Assembly: GCA_043827025.1 (NCBI GenBank)
Contig: JBDRPL010000005.1
Coordinates: 53,557-117,556 of the forward strand
Source of the DNA: Candidatus Micrarchaeota archaeon
GTDB taxonomy: Archaea; Micrarchaeota; Micrarchaeia; Anstonellales; Bilamarchaeaceae
Direction of reading: 5' to 3'
Length of the DNA: 64,000 bases
Part shown: positions 20,291 to 31,184 of the stretch, piece by piece
How the letters are laid out: each line of letters begins with the position of its first letter
How positions within the stretch are numbered: position 1 is the stretch's first letter
Translations under genes and position numbers: made by a program
Notes under the pieces: model-generated
Database searches by the model: none
The model's input: the letters and a program-made list of their open reading frames with translations, nothing else
Told to the model about the DNA's origin: nothing

Positions 20291-20557
20291 CTAATCACGT
20301 TTCCCATAAAGGATTTTGTCTATATTTTTACTCAAATCTTTCTCGCCAGATCTGAATGCAATCCTATCATAAGTATCAAAGAAGCTTTTGTACTTCTTCT
20401 TCGATTTCTGCTGATCCTTTTCCTTCAAATGCTCCTTGGCCAACCTAGCGATTTCATCCAAAGCTTCACCAGTATTCAGGTCGTGCAAATGTGCGTATTC
20501 ATAAATGAATTCCTTTGTCTTCTCATCAACTTTTCGAACTGCGAATATGTCTGCCAT
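20291..20557 (-). CDS. Putative antitoxin (ribbon-helix-helix-like)
   Basis: Abuts vapC; C-terminal DLSKNIDKILYG typical of archaeal VapB. Confidence 0.8.
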   Translation of the reverse strand: MADIFAVRKVDEKTKEFIYEYAHLHDLNTGEALDEIARLAKEHLKEKDQQKSKKKYKSFFDTYDRIAFRSGEKDLSKNIDKILYGKRD

Positions 20558-20573
20558 CTAAACACCTGTATAA

Positions 20574-20617
20574 CATGTTAAACAAATAGTTTTTAAAGGT
20601 TATACTTGTTTAACATG
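20574..20617. promoter_or_regulatory. Inverted-repeat operator flanking the TA-operon TATA box
   Basis: Perfect CATGTTAAACAA / TTGTTTAACATG with a 20-nt spacer containing minus-strand TTTAAAAA. Confidence 0.7.
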
Positions 20618-20695
20618 CGACCTAGAGCTTACTTTGATATTTACAATATACCTCAATTAGTAACACTTTTATTCATTTCCTAATATCATATAACT

Positions 20696-22021
20696 ATGCC
20701 TTTAGCTGAATTCACAGAAATATACAACTATCTTTTGAAATTCACCTCGCCACCTAGCAGTACAGTTGAGAGCGCACATAGAGGACTTGATTCCATTTCA
20801 TCTATTCAAAATAGTACTGATGCCCTAAAAGAAACTCCGTTTTCAGAGACATTAAGGCTAGCCAGAATCACTTTGGGCAGGTTTGAAGAAGCTGGAATAA
20901 CCTACGAGCAAACAGTAAATCAAGCGAGGAATTTGGCTGAAAAACTTGTTTCTGCATTACATTCTGTTCGTAATCTTCCGTGGAAAGGTTGGAGCCTTTC
21001 CAACGACCAAATAGATTTTTTGTTTGATGTTGTCATGCCGGCCCAAAAAGCAGAGCGTGAGCTTAGGAATATGCTTTCTGGAAAAAGACTGGTCCATCCA
21101 GATATCATGGAAAATAAAGACACAATCAGCATCCTGGAGATTCATGTTACTGAGAGGTGTATGGTAGGCTGCCCCTTTTGTGGAAATGCCTCTAAACCTA
21201 ATAATCCAGTCATGGATATTCAGATGGTTCATGACCTTCTGCAAAGCCCACAGGTTTCTTTCGATGGGTCAAAGACTGTTTATATTGGGAGTGCAGAGGT
21301 TTTAGCATATCCTTATCCAAGAGAACTTGCTGAGTGCGCGATTTCAATGGTCAAGGATTATGGAATTTTTCTAGGTTTCAATATTTCAGGTTTATTGCCT
21401 CCAAATCGTCATTTTGGCAAAACCTTCCTTGAAGGATTGGCTGAATTTGGTCCCTACGCCCAGGACGTAGTTGTCTTTCTGAGTATTAATCCTATGAATC
21501 CATATGCAGTAAAAGATAGTTCTGCATATATTGATTCTCTAGCTGATACTATTGGTTTACTCAAAGCTGCAAATGTCAGGCATTATTTGAATGCACGATA
21601 TAGGGAGGAATCTGAACAAGATGCAGTTTTTCAGTTAATCAAAAGACTCGAGTCGCGATGCGGCCACAGTCTTGGAAAAGAGATTCGTCCGATAAACGCT
21701 ATCGGAGATGGTGTGAACGTTATTGGCAATGTTTACACCGGACGCTGTGACATTTGGTTCAAAACTGATCCACAATTCGGAATTCGGCATAACGGCGAAG
21801 CAGTGGTAGGTTGTTGTGGCCTTGGAGCACGCGGATCCAGTTGCGGGAATGTTTACGAACATGATGCAACCCAGCTAAGGCAAAACCTATCAGTTATGCT
21901 AAGGAAGTTACGAGGAGCATATGAAAATGAGAGAATCAAAACCAGTTGTGAATTCCACAGGACTTGCGGAATCAACATTACTTCGCCTCGTTCTTCTAGA
22001 CCAATTCTTCAGAGGCGTTGA
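20696..22021 (+). CDS. Radical SAM protein with N-terminal extension and Cys-rich (SPASM-like) tail
   Basis: HVTERCMVGCPFC (CxxxCxxC); C-terminal C..GCC..GNV..CEFHRTC. Confidence 0.85.
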   Translation: MPLAEFTEIYNYLLKFTSPPSSTVESAHRGLDSISSIQNSTDALKETPFSETLRLARITLGRFEEAGITYEQTVNQARNLAEKLVSALHSVRNLPWKGWSLSNDQIDFLFDVVMPAQKAERELRNMLSGKRLVHPDIMENKDTISILEIHVTERCMVGCPFCGNASKPNNPVMDIQMVHDLLQSPQVSFDGSKTVYIGSAEVLAYPYPRELAECAISMVKDYGIFLGFNISGLLPPNRHFGKTFLEGLAEFGPYAQDVVVFLSINPMNPYAVKDSSAYIDSLADTIGLLKAANVRHYLNARYREESEQDAVFQLIKRLESRCGHSLGKEIRPINAIGDGVNVIGNVYTGRCDIWFKTDPQFGIRHNGEAVVGCCGLGARGSSCGNVYEHDATQLRQNLSVMLRKLRGAYENERIKTSCEFHRTCGINITSPRSSRPILQRR

Positions 22022-22083
22022 TCCTTGAGTTAACCATAGAAAAACATATAAACTATATTATCTACATATTATAACTGATCATA

Positions 22084-22587
22084 ATGTCCCATAAAAAACA
22101 ATTAACTGCTAGAAATATTTATCCACATACTTCAAGAGCATTAGTATTCATGCGCGGGGTGATATCATTTTCACTCAGTAATGAGGTTGCTTTAGAAGGC
22201 CTAAGGAGATTTGAGGGTAAAACAGGTTTCAAACTGCAACGAAATAACTATCTACGACAACTAAGAGATGGTGCTACTTTTTTTGATATTTGCCGGATTC
22301 TTCAAAGAGAGAAATTGTCTTCAGAAGCACAGATATATCTTACCAAAGAGCTTAAACAACTTTACGATCAGACGCTTAACTTTGCTTTAGCTAAAAGCTA
22401 CGGAATATTTGCGCAATTGACTCCAGAAACGCTTCGACAACATTTTATGCATGACGTGCAAATTGCCTTTCAGGATCTAGAGCCTGTTCCCGCCCTTAAG
22501 AGAATGTGGTTGCAAGCAAAGGAATTGGAAGTAAAGCAATTGTGTGGACCTGCAAGAAGGAATATTGTAGATTTGATTCAGTTTTGA
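22084..22587 (+). CDS. Hypothetical protein
   Basis: 167-aa ORF after a TATA-like element. Confidence 0.6.
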   Translation: MSHKKQLTARNIYPHTSRALVFMRGVISFSLSNEVALEGLRRFEGKTGFKLQRNNYLRQLRDGATFFDICRILQREKLSSEAQIYLTKELKQLYDQTLNFALAKSYGIFAQLTPETLRQHFMHDVQIAFQDLEPVPALKRMWLQAKELEVKQLCGPARRNIVDLIQF

Positions 22588-22690
22588 CAAACCTACTTCC
22601 AAAAGATTCCTTCGTCACCTGCCGTTCAATTTTTCACATCCTTTTTAAACCCTCTTTTTCAATCCTAATCATCTAATTTAGGGTGGCAAA

Positions 22691-24607
22691 ATGAACATTA
22701 CTCAAAAGATAATAAAGGAGCACTTAGTCGAAGGAGAAATGGTTGCTGGGAAGGAAATCGGAATCAAGATAGACCAGACTCTAACCCAGGATGCGACGGG
22801 AACAATGGCATACCTGGAATTTGAGGCATTGAATATTCCAAGAGCGAAAACCGAATTGTCAGTGAGTTACGTTGACCATAATATGCTTCAAACCGATTTC
22901 AAGAATCCGGATGATCATTTATACTTACAGTCAATTGCTGCAAAATATGGCATTCTATTTTCAAGGCCTGGGAATGGCATATGCCATCAAGTCCATTTAG
23001 AGAGATTCGCAAGGCCTGGAAGAACATTGATTGGAAGTGATTCCCATACGCCTACTGCAGGAGGTATTGGTTCATTATCTATAGGTGCAGGAGGATTAGA
23101 TGTTGCACTTGCAATGGGTGGAGATACCTTTTATTTGAATATGCCTAAAGTAGTTGGCGTAAAACTAACTGGAAAATTAGGTCCATGGACATCTGCAAAG
23201 GATGTGGTTCTGGAGTTATTGAAAAGAGTCACTGTAAAAGGAGGAAAGGGCAAGGTTTACGAGTATTTTGGCCCGGGAACAAAAACATTGTCTGTTGCAG
23301 AACGAGCTACAATCACAAACATGGGAACAGAAACAGGGGCAACAAGCTCAATTTTCCCTTCTGATGAAATCACAAAAGAGTTCCTGAAATCCCAAAAAAG
23401 AGAAAATCAGTGGATAGAATTGAAGGCGGATTCAGAACAATATGATGAAATAATTGAAATCGATTTGTCTTCAATAGAGCCCTTGATTGCCAAACCACAT
23501 TCACCAGGAGAGGTTGTGCCTGTGAAAAAGGTAGAGGGAACAAGAATAAGGCAGGTTATTGTGGGATCATGTACTAATTCATCCTACAAGGATTTGATGA
23601 TTTTTGCAAAGGCAATGAAAGGAAAGACAGTTCATCCTGAGGTAAGCCTTTGTGTTTTACCAGGTTCGAGACAGGTCTATCAGGAAATTGCAAGAAATGG
23701 CGCATTGGCAGACCTTATCAAAGCAGGTGCAAGAATATTGGAATCAGCCTGTGGCCCCTGCATAGGCATGGGACAAGCACCACCATCTGAGAGTGTCACA
23801 ATAAGGACATTCAACAGGAATTTCGAAGGAAGATGCGGGACAAAAGATGCAAAGGCATATCTATGTTCTCCGGAAGTTGCAGCAGCATGTGCAATATATG
23901 GAGAAATTGCAGACCCACGGAAATTAGGTGTATGCCCTGAAATAGAGCCTTCAGCAGGAATTGTTGATGATTCTATGATAATCCTGCCTACAAAGGACGG
24001 ATCTTCAGTTAAAATAGTAAAAGGCCCGAACATAAAACCATTGCCTGAGATGAAACCCTTGGAGGACAATATTTCAAAAGAGGTTTTGTTGAAGGTCGGG
24101 GACAATATTACAACAGACCATATAATGCCTGCGGGCGCACAGATATTGCCATTGCGCTCTAACATCCCGGCAATTTCTGAATTCGTTTACAATTCCGTTG
24201 ACAAGGACTTCGTAAAAAGAGCAAAGGAAAAACAAGGAGGAATGATTATCGGCGGCGAAAACTATGGCCAGGGATCTTCAAGGGAACATGCTGCAATTGC
24301 TCCTTTATACTTAGGAATAAAGGCAAAGATAGTGAAATCCTATGCAAGGATACATCTTGCAAATTTAGTTAATTGGGGAATACTGCCTTTGGAATTTGCC
24401 GATCCGTCAGATTATGACAAGATTGAACAGGGAGACAAATTGGAACTTATGGATATTAAGGAATCATTAAAGAATGGAAAGAACATAAAAGTAAAAAACA
24501 CAACAAAATCATTCGAGTTTGAGGCAAAATATAATTTATCTAAAAGAGACGTTGCAACACTTGTTGCTGGCGGTTCAATTAATTATGTAAAACAAAGACA
24601 TGGATAA
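22691..24607 (+). CDS. acn: Aconitate hydratase
   Basis: QDATG, DHN, GICHQ, GSDSHT, GSCTN, CGPCIG, NRNFEGR, TTDHI, GSSREHAA. Confidence 0.95.
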   Translation: MNITQKIIKEHLVEGEMVAGKEIGIKIDQTLTQDATGTMAYLEFEALNIPRAKTELSVSYVDHNMLQTDFKNPDDHLYLQSIAAKYGILFSRPGNGICHQVHLERFARPGRTLIGSDSHTPTAGGIGSLSIGAGGLDVALAMGGDTFYLNMPKVVGVKLTGKLGPWTSAKDVVLELLKRVTVKGGKGKVYEYFGPGTKTLSVAERATITNMGTETGATSSIFPSDEITKEFLKSQKRENQWIELKADSEQYDEIIEIDLSSIEPLIAKPHSPGEVVPVKKVEGTRIRQVIVGSCTNSSYKDLMIFAKAMKGKTVHPEVSLCVLPGSRQVYQEIARNGALADLIKAGARILESACGPCIGMGQAPPSESVTIRTFNRNFEGRCGTKDAKAYLCSPEVAAACAIYGEIADPRKLGVCPEIEPSAGIVDDSMIILPTKDGSSVKIVKGPNIKPLPEMKPLEDNISKEVLLKVGDNITTDHIMPAGAQILPLRSNIPAISEFVYNSVDKDFVKRAKEKQGGMIIGGENYGQGSSREHAAIAPLYLGIKAKIVKSYARIHLANLVNWGILPLEFADPSDYDKIEQGDKLELMDIKESLKNGKNIKVKNTTKSFEFEAKYNLSKRDVATLVAGGSINYVKQRHG

Positions 24608-24622
24608 TACTAGGTGAAAAAT

Positions 24623-25861
24623 ATGGTGATAAGTGGAGAAAAAATAAAGATGGAGAATGGAAAACTAGTGGTACCCAACATACCTTATATCCCATACATC
24701 AAAGGGGACGGAGTTGGAGAAGACATCTGGCCAGTAGTCCAAAGAATCATTGATGCAGCAGTTGCAAAGGCATATGGAAACACTAACAGGGTGCCGAACA
24801 AAGCAATATTTTGGCTTGAAGCTCCTGCCGGAGATAAGGCATATAAAGAAACCGGCGAATATCTTCCCCAAAACACAGTAGATATGATAAGAGAATACCT
24901 AGTTGCAATAAAGGGTCCTTTAACTACTCCAGTTGGTGGGGGCCACAGATCATTGAATGTAACTATGCGCCAAGTGTTAGACCTATATTGTTGTGTCAGA
25001 CCTGTCAAATGGTTCGAGGGGGTTCCAAATCCAATGAAAAATCCTGAGAAATTGAATGTGGTGATTTTCAGGGAAAATACAGAAGATGTATATGCGGGAA
25101 TCGAATTCAAGGAAGGCAGCGATGAAGTAAAAAAAGTGATTGACCTGATGTCCAACATGGGCAAGAAGATAAGGCCAGATTCAGGCATCGGAATAAAACC
25201 GATTTCAATAACTGGAACCAAAAGATTGGTGGAAGCTGCTATTGATTATGCAATAAAATATAGGAAAACTAGAGTGACTTTGATGCACAAGGGAAACATA
25301 ATGAAATTTACAGAAGGCGCATTCAGGGAATGGGGTTATGCGGTTGCAAAGGAAAAGTTTCCTGATAAGGTCATAACAGAACAGGAAGTCACGGATAACC
25401 ACGGAGGAAAAATCCCTGAGGGAAAAATAATGATAAATGACAGAATTGCAGACTCAATGTTCCAGCAGGTTTTATTAAGGCCTGATGAATATGAGGTAAT
25501 TGCCACAACCAATCTGAATGGGGATTACATAAGCGATGCATGTGCTGCACAGGTTGGCGGTTTGGGAATTGCTCCTGGCGCAAACATCAATTATAAGACC
25601 GGACATGCATTGTTTGAAGCAACACATGGCACTGCACCAAAGCATGCAGGGCAGGACAAGGTGAATCCAGGCTCTTTGCTTCTTTCAGCAGTCATGATGC
25701 TTGATTATATGGGATGGGAAGAGGCTGCCAAAATGATTGAATCAGCATTTGAAAAGACAATCAACCAAAAGATCGTGACCTACGATTTTGCAAGGCAGAT
25801 GGAAGGCGCAACTGAAGTCAAATGTTCTGAATTTGGCGCGAAAATAATTGAAAATCTTTGA
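24623..25861 (+). CDS. icd: Isocitrate dehydrogenase (NADP-type)
   Basis: [56 protein letters not shown] before ATG 24623. Confidence 0.97.
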   Translation: MVISGEKIKMENGKLVVPNIPYIPYIKGDGVGEDIWPVVQRIIDAAVAKAYGNTNRVPNKAIFWLEAPAGDKAYKETGEYLPQNTVDMIREYLVAIKGPLTTPVGGGHRSLNVTMRQVLDLYCCVRPVKWFEGVPNPMKNPEKLNVVIFRENTEDVYAGIEFKEGSDEVKKVIDLMSNMGKKIRPDSGIGIKPISITGTKRLVEAAIDYAIKYRKTRVTLMHKGNIMKFTEGAFREWGYAVAKEKFPDKVITEQEVTDNHGGKIPEGKIMINDRIADSMFQQVLLRPDEYEVIATTNLNGDYISDACAAQVGGLGIAPGANINYKTGHALFEATHGTAPKHAGQDKVNPGSLLLSAVMMLDYMGWEEAAKMIESAFEKTINQKIVTYDFARQMEGATEVKCSEFGAKIIENL

Positions 25862-25893
25862 ATGGGAAACAATGAATAACGAGGGACAATCAC

Positions 25894-27126
25894 ATGGCAA
25901 GAAGAAAAATCCGCGAATACGATGGGCGAAGGCTTTTTGGCGAATACTTTGGAATTCCTAGCGAATCGATCCTAGTTGATTCTTCTACGGATATTGAAGG
26001 ATTGGGCAAAACTCACCCCTGGCTGAATTCAAAAAAACTGGTGGTGAAGCCAGATGTGTTGATGGGGAAAAAAGGCAAGCACAACCTCATTCTCCTAAAT
26101 GCGGATTTTTCTGCTGCCAAAGGCTTCATAAAAGAGCACCTCAATAAAGAAATGAAAATCGGGAACATTTCAGGAGTTCTGACACACTTCATAATCCAGC
26201 CATTTGTCCCTCATCAAAATGAATATTTCGTTTCCATCATGAGCGGAAGGGATGCTGACAAGATATACATCTCTGAAAAAGGAGGGGTTGACATTGAAGA
26301 GAACTGGGAAACAGTCAAACACATAGATGTTCCTATTGCCGGCCCCTTTCCCAAAGAAGAATTGGCAAAATGCCTTTCTTCATTTGGAAATGAAAAAGAT
26401 GCAACAACGAAATTCATAGAAAAACTTTACCAGTTCTTTGCAGAATATGATTTTTCATACTTGGAGCTAAACCCGTTTTGTTTTGTGGATGGAAAGGCAA
26501 TTCCATTGGGATTTGTTGGAGAGGTGGATGATTGTGCAGAATATAAGGATTATAAGAGATGGGGCAATTTGGCATTTCCCCAGTCCTTTGGCAAGAAACT
26601 GACGAAAGAGGAAGAGTTCATAAAAGACCTGGATTCCAAGACAGGGGCTTCCCTGAAACTTACAATTTTGAATCCAAAGGGCAAGATATGGCCCATGGTC
26701 GCAGGAGGAGGCGCATCAGTTATCTATGCAGACACAATTGTAGATCTTGGATGCGGCAATGAGCTTGCCATATATGGGGAATATTCCGGGGACCCCAATG
26801 AAGAAGAAACCTATCAGTATGCCAAGACTGTTTTGGACCTGATGACAAGGGAATCAAGAAAAGACGGCAAGGTTCTGCTGATAGGAGGCGGAGTTGCAAA
26901 TTTCACAGATGTTGCAAAAACATTCAAAGGCATCATCCGAGCATTGAAGGAATATAAGGAAAAACTAAAGAAAAATAATGTCAAGATATACATCAGAAGG
27001 GGCGGACCAAATTATGAGGTTGGCCTGGAACTTATGAGAAAACTAGGAGGGGAATTAGGAGTACCTATGGAGGTTTATGGCCCAGAAACCCACATGACAA
27101 AGATTGTCGCGTTAGCTTTGAAGTGA
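25894..27126 (+). CDS. aclB: ATP citrate lyase beta subunit (ATP-grasp plus citrate-binding)
   Basis: KIREYDG, VVKPD, GASLKLT, MVAGGGASV, GEYSG, GGGVANFT, RRGGPNY. Confidence 0.93.
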   Translation: MARRKIREYDGRRLFGEYFGIPSESILVDSSTDIEGLGKTHPWLNSKKLVVKPDVLMGKKGKHNLILLNADFSAAKGFIKEHLNKEMKIGNISGVLTHFIIQPFVPHQNEYFVSIMSGRDADKIYISEKGGVDIEENWETVKHIDVPIAGPFPKEELAKCLSSFGNEKDATTKFIEKLYQFFAEYDFSYLELNPFCFVDGKAIPLGFVGEVDDCAEYKDYKRWGNLAFPQSFGKKLTKEEEFIKDLDSKTGASLKLTILNPKGKIWPMVAGGGASVIYADTIVDLGCGNELAIYGEYSGDPNEEETYQYAKTVLDLMTRESRKDGKVLLIGGGVANFTDVAKTFKGIIRALKEYKEKLKKNNVKIYIRRGGPNYEVGLELMRKLGGELGVPMEVYGPETHMTKIVALALK

Positions 27127-27130
27127 TACT

Positions 27131-28954
27131 ATGACCGATTTATTCACAAACAAAACACAGGCATTCATATACAATTTTAAGGCAAACCCTGTGCAGAGAA
27201 TGCTTGATTTTGATTACATCTGCAGAAGAAAAACCCCTAGCATTGCAGGGCTTATCAATCCAGGAGGATCAGGTTTTCACAAAGCATTTTTTGGTGCAAC
27301 TGAAATCATGCTTCCCATATATTCAAGCATTGATGCTGCAACAAAAGCTCATCCAAATGCAGATGTGATGGTTAATTTTGCTTCGTTCAGGAGCGCCTAC
27401 GCATCATCATTGGAAGCGCTTAACAATACTTCCATAAAGACCGTTGCCATCATAGCCGAGGGGATTCCTGAAAGACTGACAAAGGAATTGATTGCAATAG
27501 CAAACAAAAAGAAGAAATGGATAATCGGGCCTGCAACAGTTGGAGGATTGGCAGCAGGCAAATTCAGGATAGGGAATACTGCAGGCACCATTGACAACAT
27601 AATCAAATGCAAGGCTTACAGACCCGGCTCAGTTGGCTTTGTTTCAAAATCAGGAGGTCTTTCCAATGAGATGTTCAATGTCATTGCAAGAACTACTGAT
27701 GGAATTTATGAAGGAATTGCAATTGGCGGAGATGCATGCCCAGGCTCCAAATTAATAGACCATATCCTAAGGTATGAAAATAATCCTGCAATCAAAATGA
27801 TTGTTGCTCTTGGAGAACTTGGAGGAAATGAGGAATATGAGATCGCCAATGCAGTGAAAGCGAAAAAAATAACCAAACCAATTGTCATGTGGGTTGCAGG
27901 AACCTGTGCAAATGTTTTCCCAGGGGAAGTGCAGTTCGGCCACGCAGGCGCAAAAAGCGGTAAACAAGAAAATTCAGCAGCTGCCAAGAACAAGGCATTG
28001 AAAGAAGCTGGAGTCATCGTGCCAAATTCATACGAGGATTTTGACCAAAGGATAAAGGAAACGTTTGACAGGTTGAAGAAAGATGGCAAAATAAAGGAAA
28101 TTGAAGAGCCCGAGGTTCCAAAATTACCTATGGACTATTTAGAAGCACTGAAAAAAGGAGTGATACGTAAACAAACCAATTTCATCTGCTCAATTTCAGA
28201 CGATAGGGGGGATGAGCCCTATTATGCAGGCATTCCAATGAGCAAAATGATTGAGGATGACTATTCTGTTGGCGAAATAATTTCCTTATTGTGGTTTAAG
28301 AAAAGATTGCCAAAATATGCCACGAAATTCATTGAAACTGTGATGATAATTGCAGCAGATCACGGGCCATGTGTATCAGGTGCCCACAATACAATAATTA
28401 CTGCAAGGGCAGGGAAGGACCTGATATCCTCATTATGCTCTGGCTTATTGACAATCGGCCCAAGATTCGGAGGTGCAATTGATGATGCTGCAAGATATTT
28501 CAAGCATGCAGCTGATTCTGGAATGGCTCCTGATGAATTTGTCAGTGAAATGAAGAAAAAGGGCATTAATATCCCTGGAATTGGCCATAGGATAAAATCT
28601 GCAAAAAACCCTGACAAGAGGGTCGAAATACTAAAGGCGTATGCAAAGAAAAACTTCCCCCAGACAAAATACCTTGACTATGCTTTGTCAGTTGAAAAAG
28701 AGACGCTGAAAAAGGCAGACAACCTTATTTTAAATGTGGATGGCTGTATAGGCATTTTATTCGTGGATTTGATGGATGGTTGCGAGGCATTTTCAAAGGA
28801 AGAACTTAATTCAATTGTTGATATAGGCTACCTGAACGGTTTGTTCATCTTGGCAAGATCAATAGGGTTAATGGGCCATGTATTTGACCAAAAGAGGCTG
28901 AAACAGACACTCTACAGGCATCCATGGGATGATGTGTTGTTTATAGACCGTTAA
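27131..28954 (+). CDS. aclA: ATP citrate lyase alpha subunit (CoA-binding plus citryl-CoA lyase)
   Basis: QRMLDFD, NFASFRSA, GPATVGG, QFGHAGA (phospho-His), DHGPCVSG, GIGHRIK, LNVDG. Confidence 0.95.
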   Translation: MTDLFTNKTQAFIYNFKANPVQRMLDFDYICRRKTPSIAGLINPGGSGFHKAFFGATEIMLPIYSSIDAATKAHPNADVMVNFASFRSAYASSLEALNNTSIKTVAIIAEGIPERLTKELIAIANKKKKWIIGPATVGGLAAGKFRIGNTAGTIDNIIKCKAYRPGSVGFVSKSGGLSNEMFNVIARTTDGIYEGIAIGGDACPGSKLIDHILRYENNPAIKMIVALGELGGNEEYEIANAVKAKKITKPIVMWVAGTCANVFPGEVQFGHAGAKSGKQENSAAAKNKALKEAGVIVPNSYEDFDQRIKETFDRLKKDGKIKEIEEPEVPKLPMDYLEALKKGVIRKQTNFICSISDDRGDEPYYAGIPMSKMIEDDYSVGEIISLLWFKKRLPKYATKFIETVMIIAADHGPCVSGAHNTIITARAGKDLISSLCSGLLTIGPRFGGAIDDAARYFKHAADSGMAPDEFVSEMKKKGINIPGIGHRIKSAKNPDKRVEILKAYAKKNFPQTKYLDYALSVEKETLKKADNLILNVDGCIGILFVDLMDGCEAFSKEELNSIVDIGYLNGLFILARSIGLMGHVFDQKRLKQTLYRHPWDDVLFIDR

Positions 28955-29402
28955 GCGCGAATATCCAATAATTAAGCACTGAGGCAAAGCTTACCCACAG
29001 CAGATAAGGGATCATAAGATAGGTTGCTGTTTTGGAAACCCTGTAAAATGCCAACATTGTTGCCACAATAGAAAGCCACAGCGCGATAATGCAGATGAGC
29101 CCATAAATCGGAGACCTCAAACCAAAGAACAGGACAGACCATAGCAGATTAAGCCCAAGTTGAACGGAATACAATGAAATAGCAGTCTTATTTTTCTTTG
29201 CAATCCAAACCAGATAGAATGCAACCCCCATCAATATATATAGAAGCGTCCAAACAGGCCCAAAAAGCCAGGAAGGAGGATTAAACGATGGTTTTTCCAA
29301 AGTTGAATACCAAGTATTAACTGAAGAAATCGTGAAATAAGAACCTACAAAGCCCACCAGCAAAGGAATCAAAATTGCAATACCAAGCATTTTCCAGTTC
29401 AT
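28941..29402 (-). CDS. tspO: TspO/MBR family tryptophan-rich sensory protein
   Basis: WY..LEKPSFNPP.WLFGPVWT.LY, LN..WS..FFG, PYLLWVSFA. Confidence 0.95.
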   Translation of the reverse strand: MNWKMLGIAILIPLLVGFVGSYFTISSVNTWYSTLEKPSFNPPSWLFGPVWTLLYILMGVAFYLVWIAKKNKTAISLYSVQLGLNLLWSVLFFGLRSPIYGLICIIALWLSIVATMLAFYRVSKTATYLMIPYLLWVSFASVLNYWIFALNGL

Positions 29403-29713
29403 TATTCCTCTCCTGCAAGCGAACTCAATATTTCCTTTGCTTTTGATTTTGAACCTGGGTCTTGCGAATACACTATGAACAAATAAGCGCCTGAAACTCC
29501 TGATTCAAATACCGGATAAATTGTTTTCTGAAGTAGTTTAATCTTTCCAAGTTCAGGAATTGCAAGATCCTGCCTTTCGAACCTATAAAGCTCGATATGA
29601 ACTTTATCCATGACATAAAATGTAGCCTCACGATAATTTTTTACCATCTTGTGCCCGCTTATATGTGCAGTTTTCAAGCCTTTTTTCGGCAACCTTGCTT
29701 CCATGTAATCCAT
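29402..29713 (-). CDS. Hypothetical protein
   Basis: Translationally coupled to both neighbours. Confidence 0.6.
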   Translation of the reverse strand: MDYMEARLPKKGLKTAHISGHKMVKNYREATFYVMDKVHIELYRFERQDLAIPELGKIKLLQKTIYPVFESGVSGAYLFIVYSQDPGSKSKAKEILSSLAGEE

Positions 29714-30268
29714 TCATCCACCTTGTTTCTGGAGTTTTTTCTCCTTGTCCTTCACTTTCTTGCTTTTTTTCACAGAAGCCTTTTGATCTGAAACAGCTGT
29801 ATTGGGCTCTTCGACAGTTGTTCGTATGTCCTTTACTTTTTCAGCTCCAAGCCTTGTCTTAAATTCATTGAGCATCTCCTGGCAAAGTCCTTTTTGATTA
29901 GTTTCAAGCTGTATACGATAAACTGCATAGTCAGGAAGCGTACGGATGAATAGTGCATAGCCTGGCTTCAGAGTAATGTTGCCTTCTGTTCGTTCGGATT
30001 GCGAATAAATGGCAAAGACATCATATATTTGATAATATGCAAATTCATTGTAGGAAATCGATGGCCGAATTACAGCAAATTTAGTGTCATAGAATACATA
30101 ATCCATCTTCCACATAAAGAACAATGTGACTAAGAATGAAGTTATCAAAAGCATCAGAGAGCCCCTGCAGATGGACATCTTAAATAAAAACAAAGCAGCC
30201 AAAAAGAACAGAATTGACAGTATCCCAATCAACAAGCGGTTTTTTGAGGTTGTGAATTTACGGATCAT
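29714..30268 (-). CDS. Hypothetical membrane protein
   Basis: Two N-terminal TM helices, then a soluble domain and Lys-rich tail. Confidence 0.65.
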   Translation of the reverse strand: MIRKFTTSKNRLLIGILSILFFLAALFLFKMSICRGSLMLLITSFLVTLFFMWKMDYVFYDTKFAVIRPSISYNEFAYYQIYDVFAIYSQSERTEGNITLKPGYALFIRTLPDYAVYRIQLETNQKGLCQEMLNEFKTRLGAEKVKDIRTTVEEPNTAVSDQKASVKKSKKVKDKEKKLQKQGG

Positions 30269-30384
30269 GCAATGTCATCTCACATGACCTATTTAATCTT
30301 TGCCTTGCAGTCATATTCACTGGAAGTATTGTGTTTGAAGATGTAAATATAGGTTTAAAAGCATTACGAAACATAACTTTGTTC

Positions 30385-31161
30385 ATGAAGACAACCACTA
30401 AACCAAAGGTTCAGAACCAGGTTGGCATTGCTAGAATAAGCAAGGACACTTCTCCTAAGGAAGCACAAAGATTGTTTGGGGCATTTAAAAAATTGACTGC
30501 TACTGCAGGCAAAATCGTCTGTCTCGAAACAGATTTGCCTTTCGGAAAGTCAGAACACAGGGAATGGCATGAGGCCGTAGAAGCTGGGGAAAGAACAGTC
30601 TTGCTTGCGCTTAAAGAAGGCAGTGCTGTAGGAACTTTCTCGATTGTTGAAGGTGCTTTACCAGTTTTATCAATCACAGACGGCATAATCTCAAGCACAG
30701 TCGATATGGTTGTTGCAGGTCTTGACCTCACAGCCGCTTTTATACTAGAGAATCAAAGAGGAAAAGGTGTTTGTAGGGCACTTGCAGAAGAAGTCAGAAA
30801 AACAGCAGTCGAACAGGCAACAGGCACTAACAATGACGTTCATATGAGCATCTCGACAGGAGAAGAAGCATATGAGATAACAAATCCAATACTTGCAAGA
30901 ATGCTTGGAAAAACAAATGAAGAAATAGAAGGACTCGCAACTGTTGTTCTCTTCAGCATGTTCGCAGGAATGAAAGGAAAAACACTTACCTCTGATGAAA
31001 TGAAAGGGATTGTTGATATTACCCAAAGAATTGGAATAAATCCAGATTCCGCAGCAATTAAGACAATACTTGACAGCTGGGTTTCAAAAGGAAATGCAAG
31101 ATTCGTAGGCCACTCAGTAGATGGTGCAGAGCCTGTTTGGGTTATGCATCCTTTGAGTTGA
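30385..31161 (+). CDS. Divergent GNAT-fold protein
   Basis: AFILENQRGKGVCRAL acetyl-CoA binding motif A. Confidence 0.6.
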   Translation: MKTTTKPKVQNQVGIARISKDTSPKEAQRLFGAFKKLTATAGKIVCLETDLPFGKSEHREWHEAVEAGERTVLLALKEGSAVGTFSIVEGALPVLSITDGIISSTVDMVVAGLDLTAAFILENQRGKGVCRALAEEVRKTAVEQATGTNNDVHMSISTGEEAYEITNPILARMLGKTNEEIEGLATVVLFSMFAGMKGKTLTSDEMKGIVDITQRIGINPDSAAIKTILDSWVSKGNARFVGHSVDGAEPVWVMHPLS

Positions 31162-31184
31162 AATTTTTCCATTTTAGATGAGCC

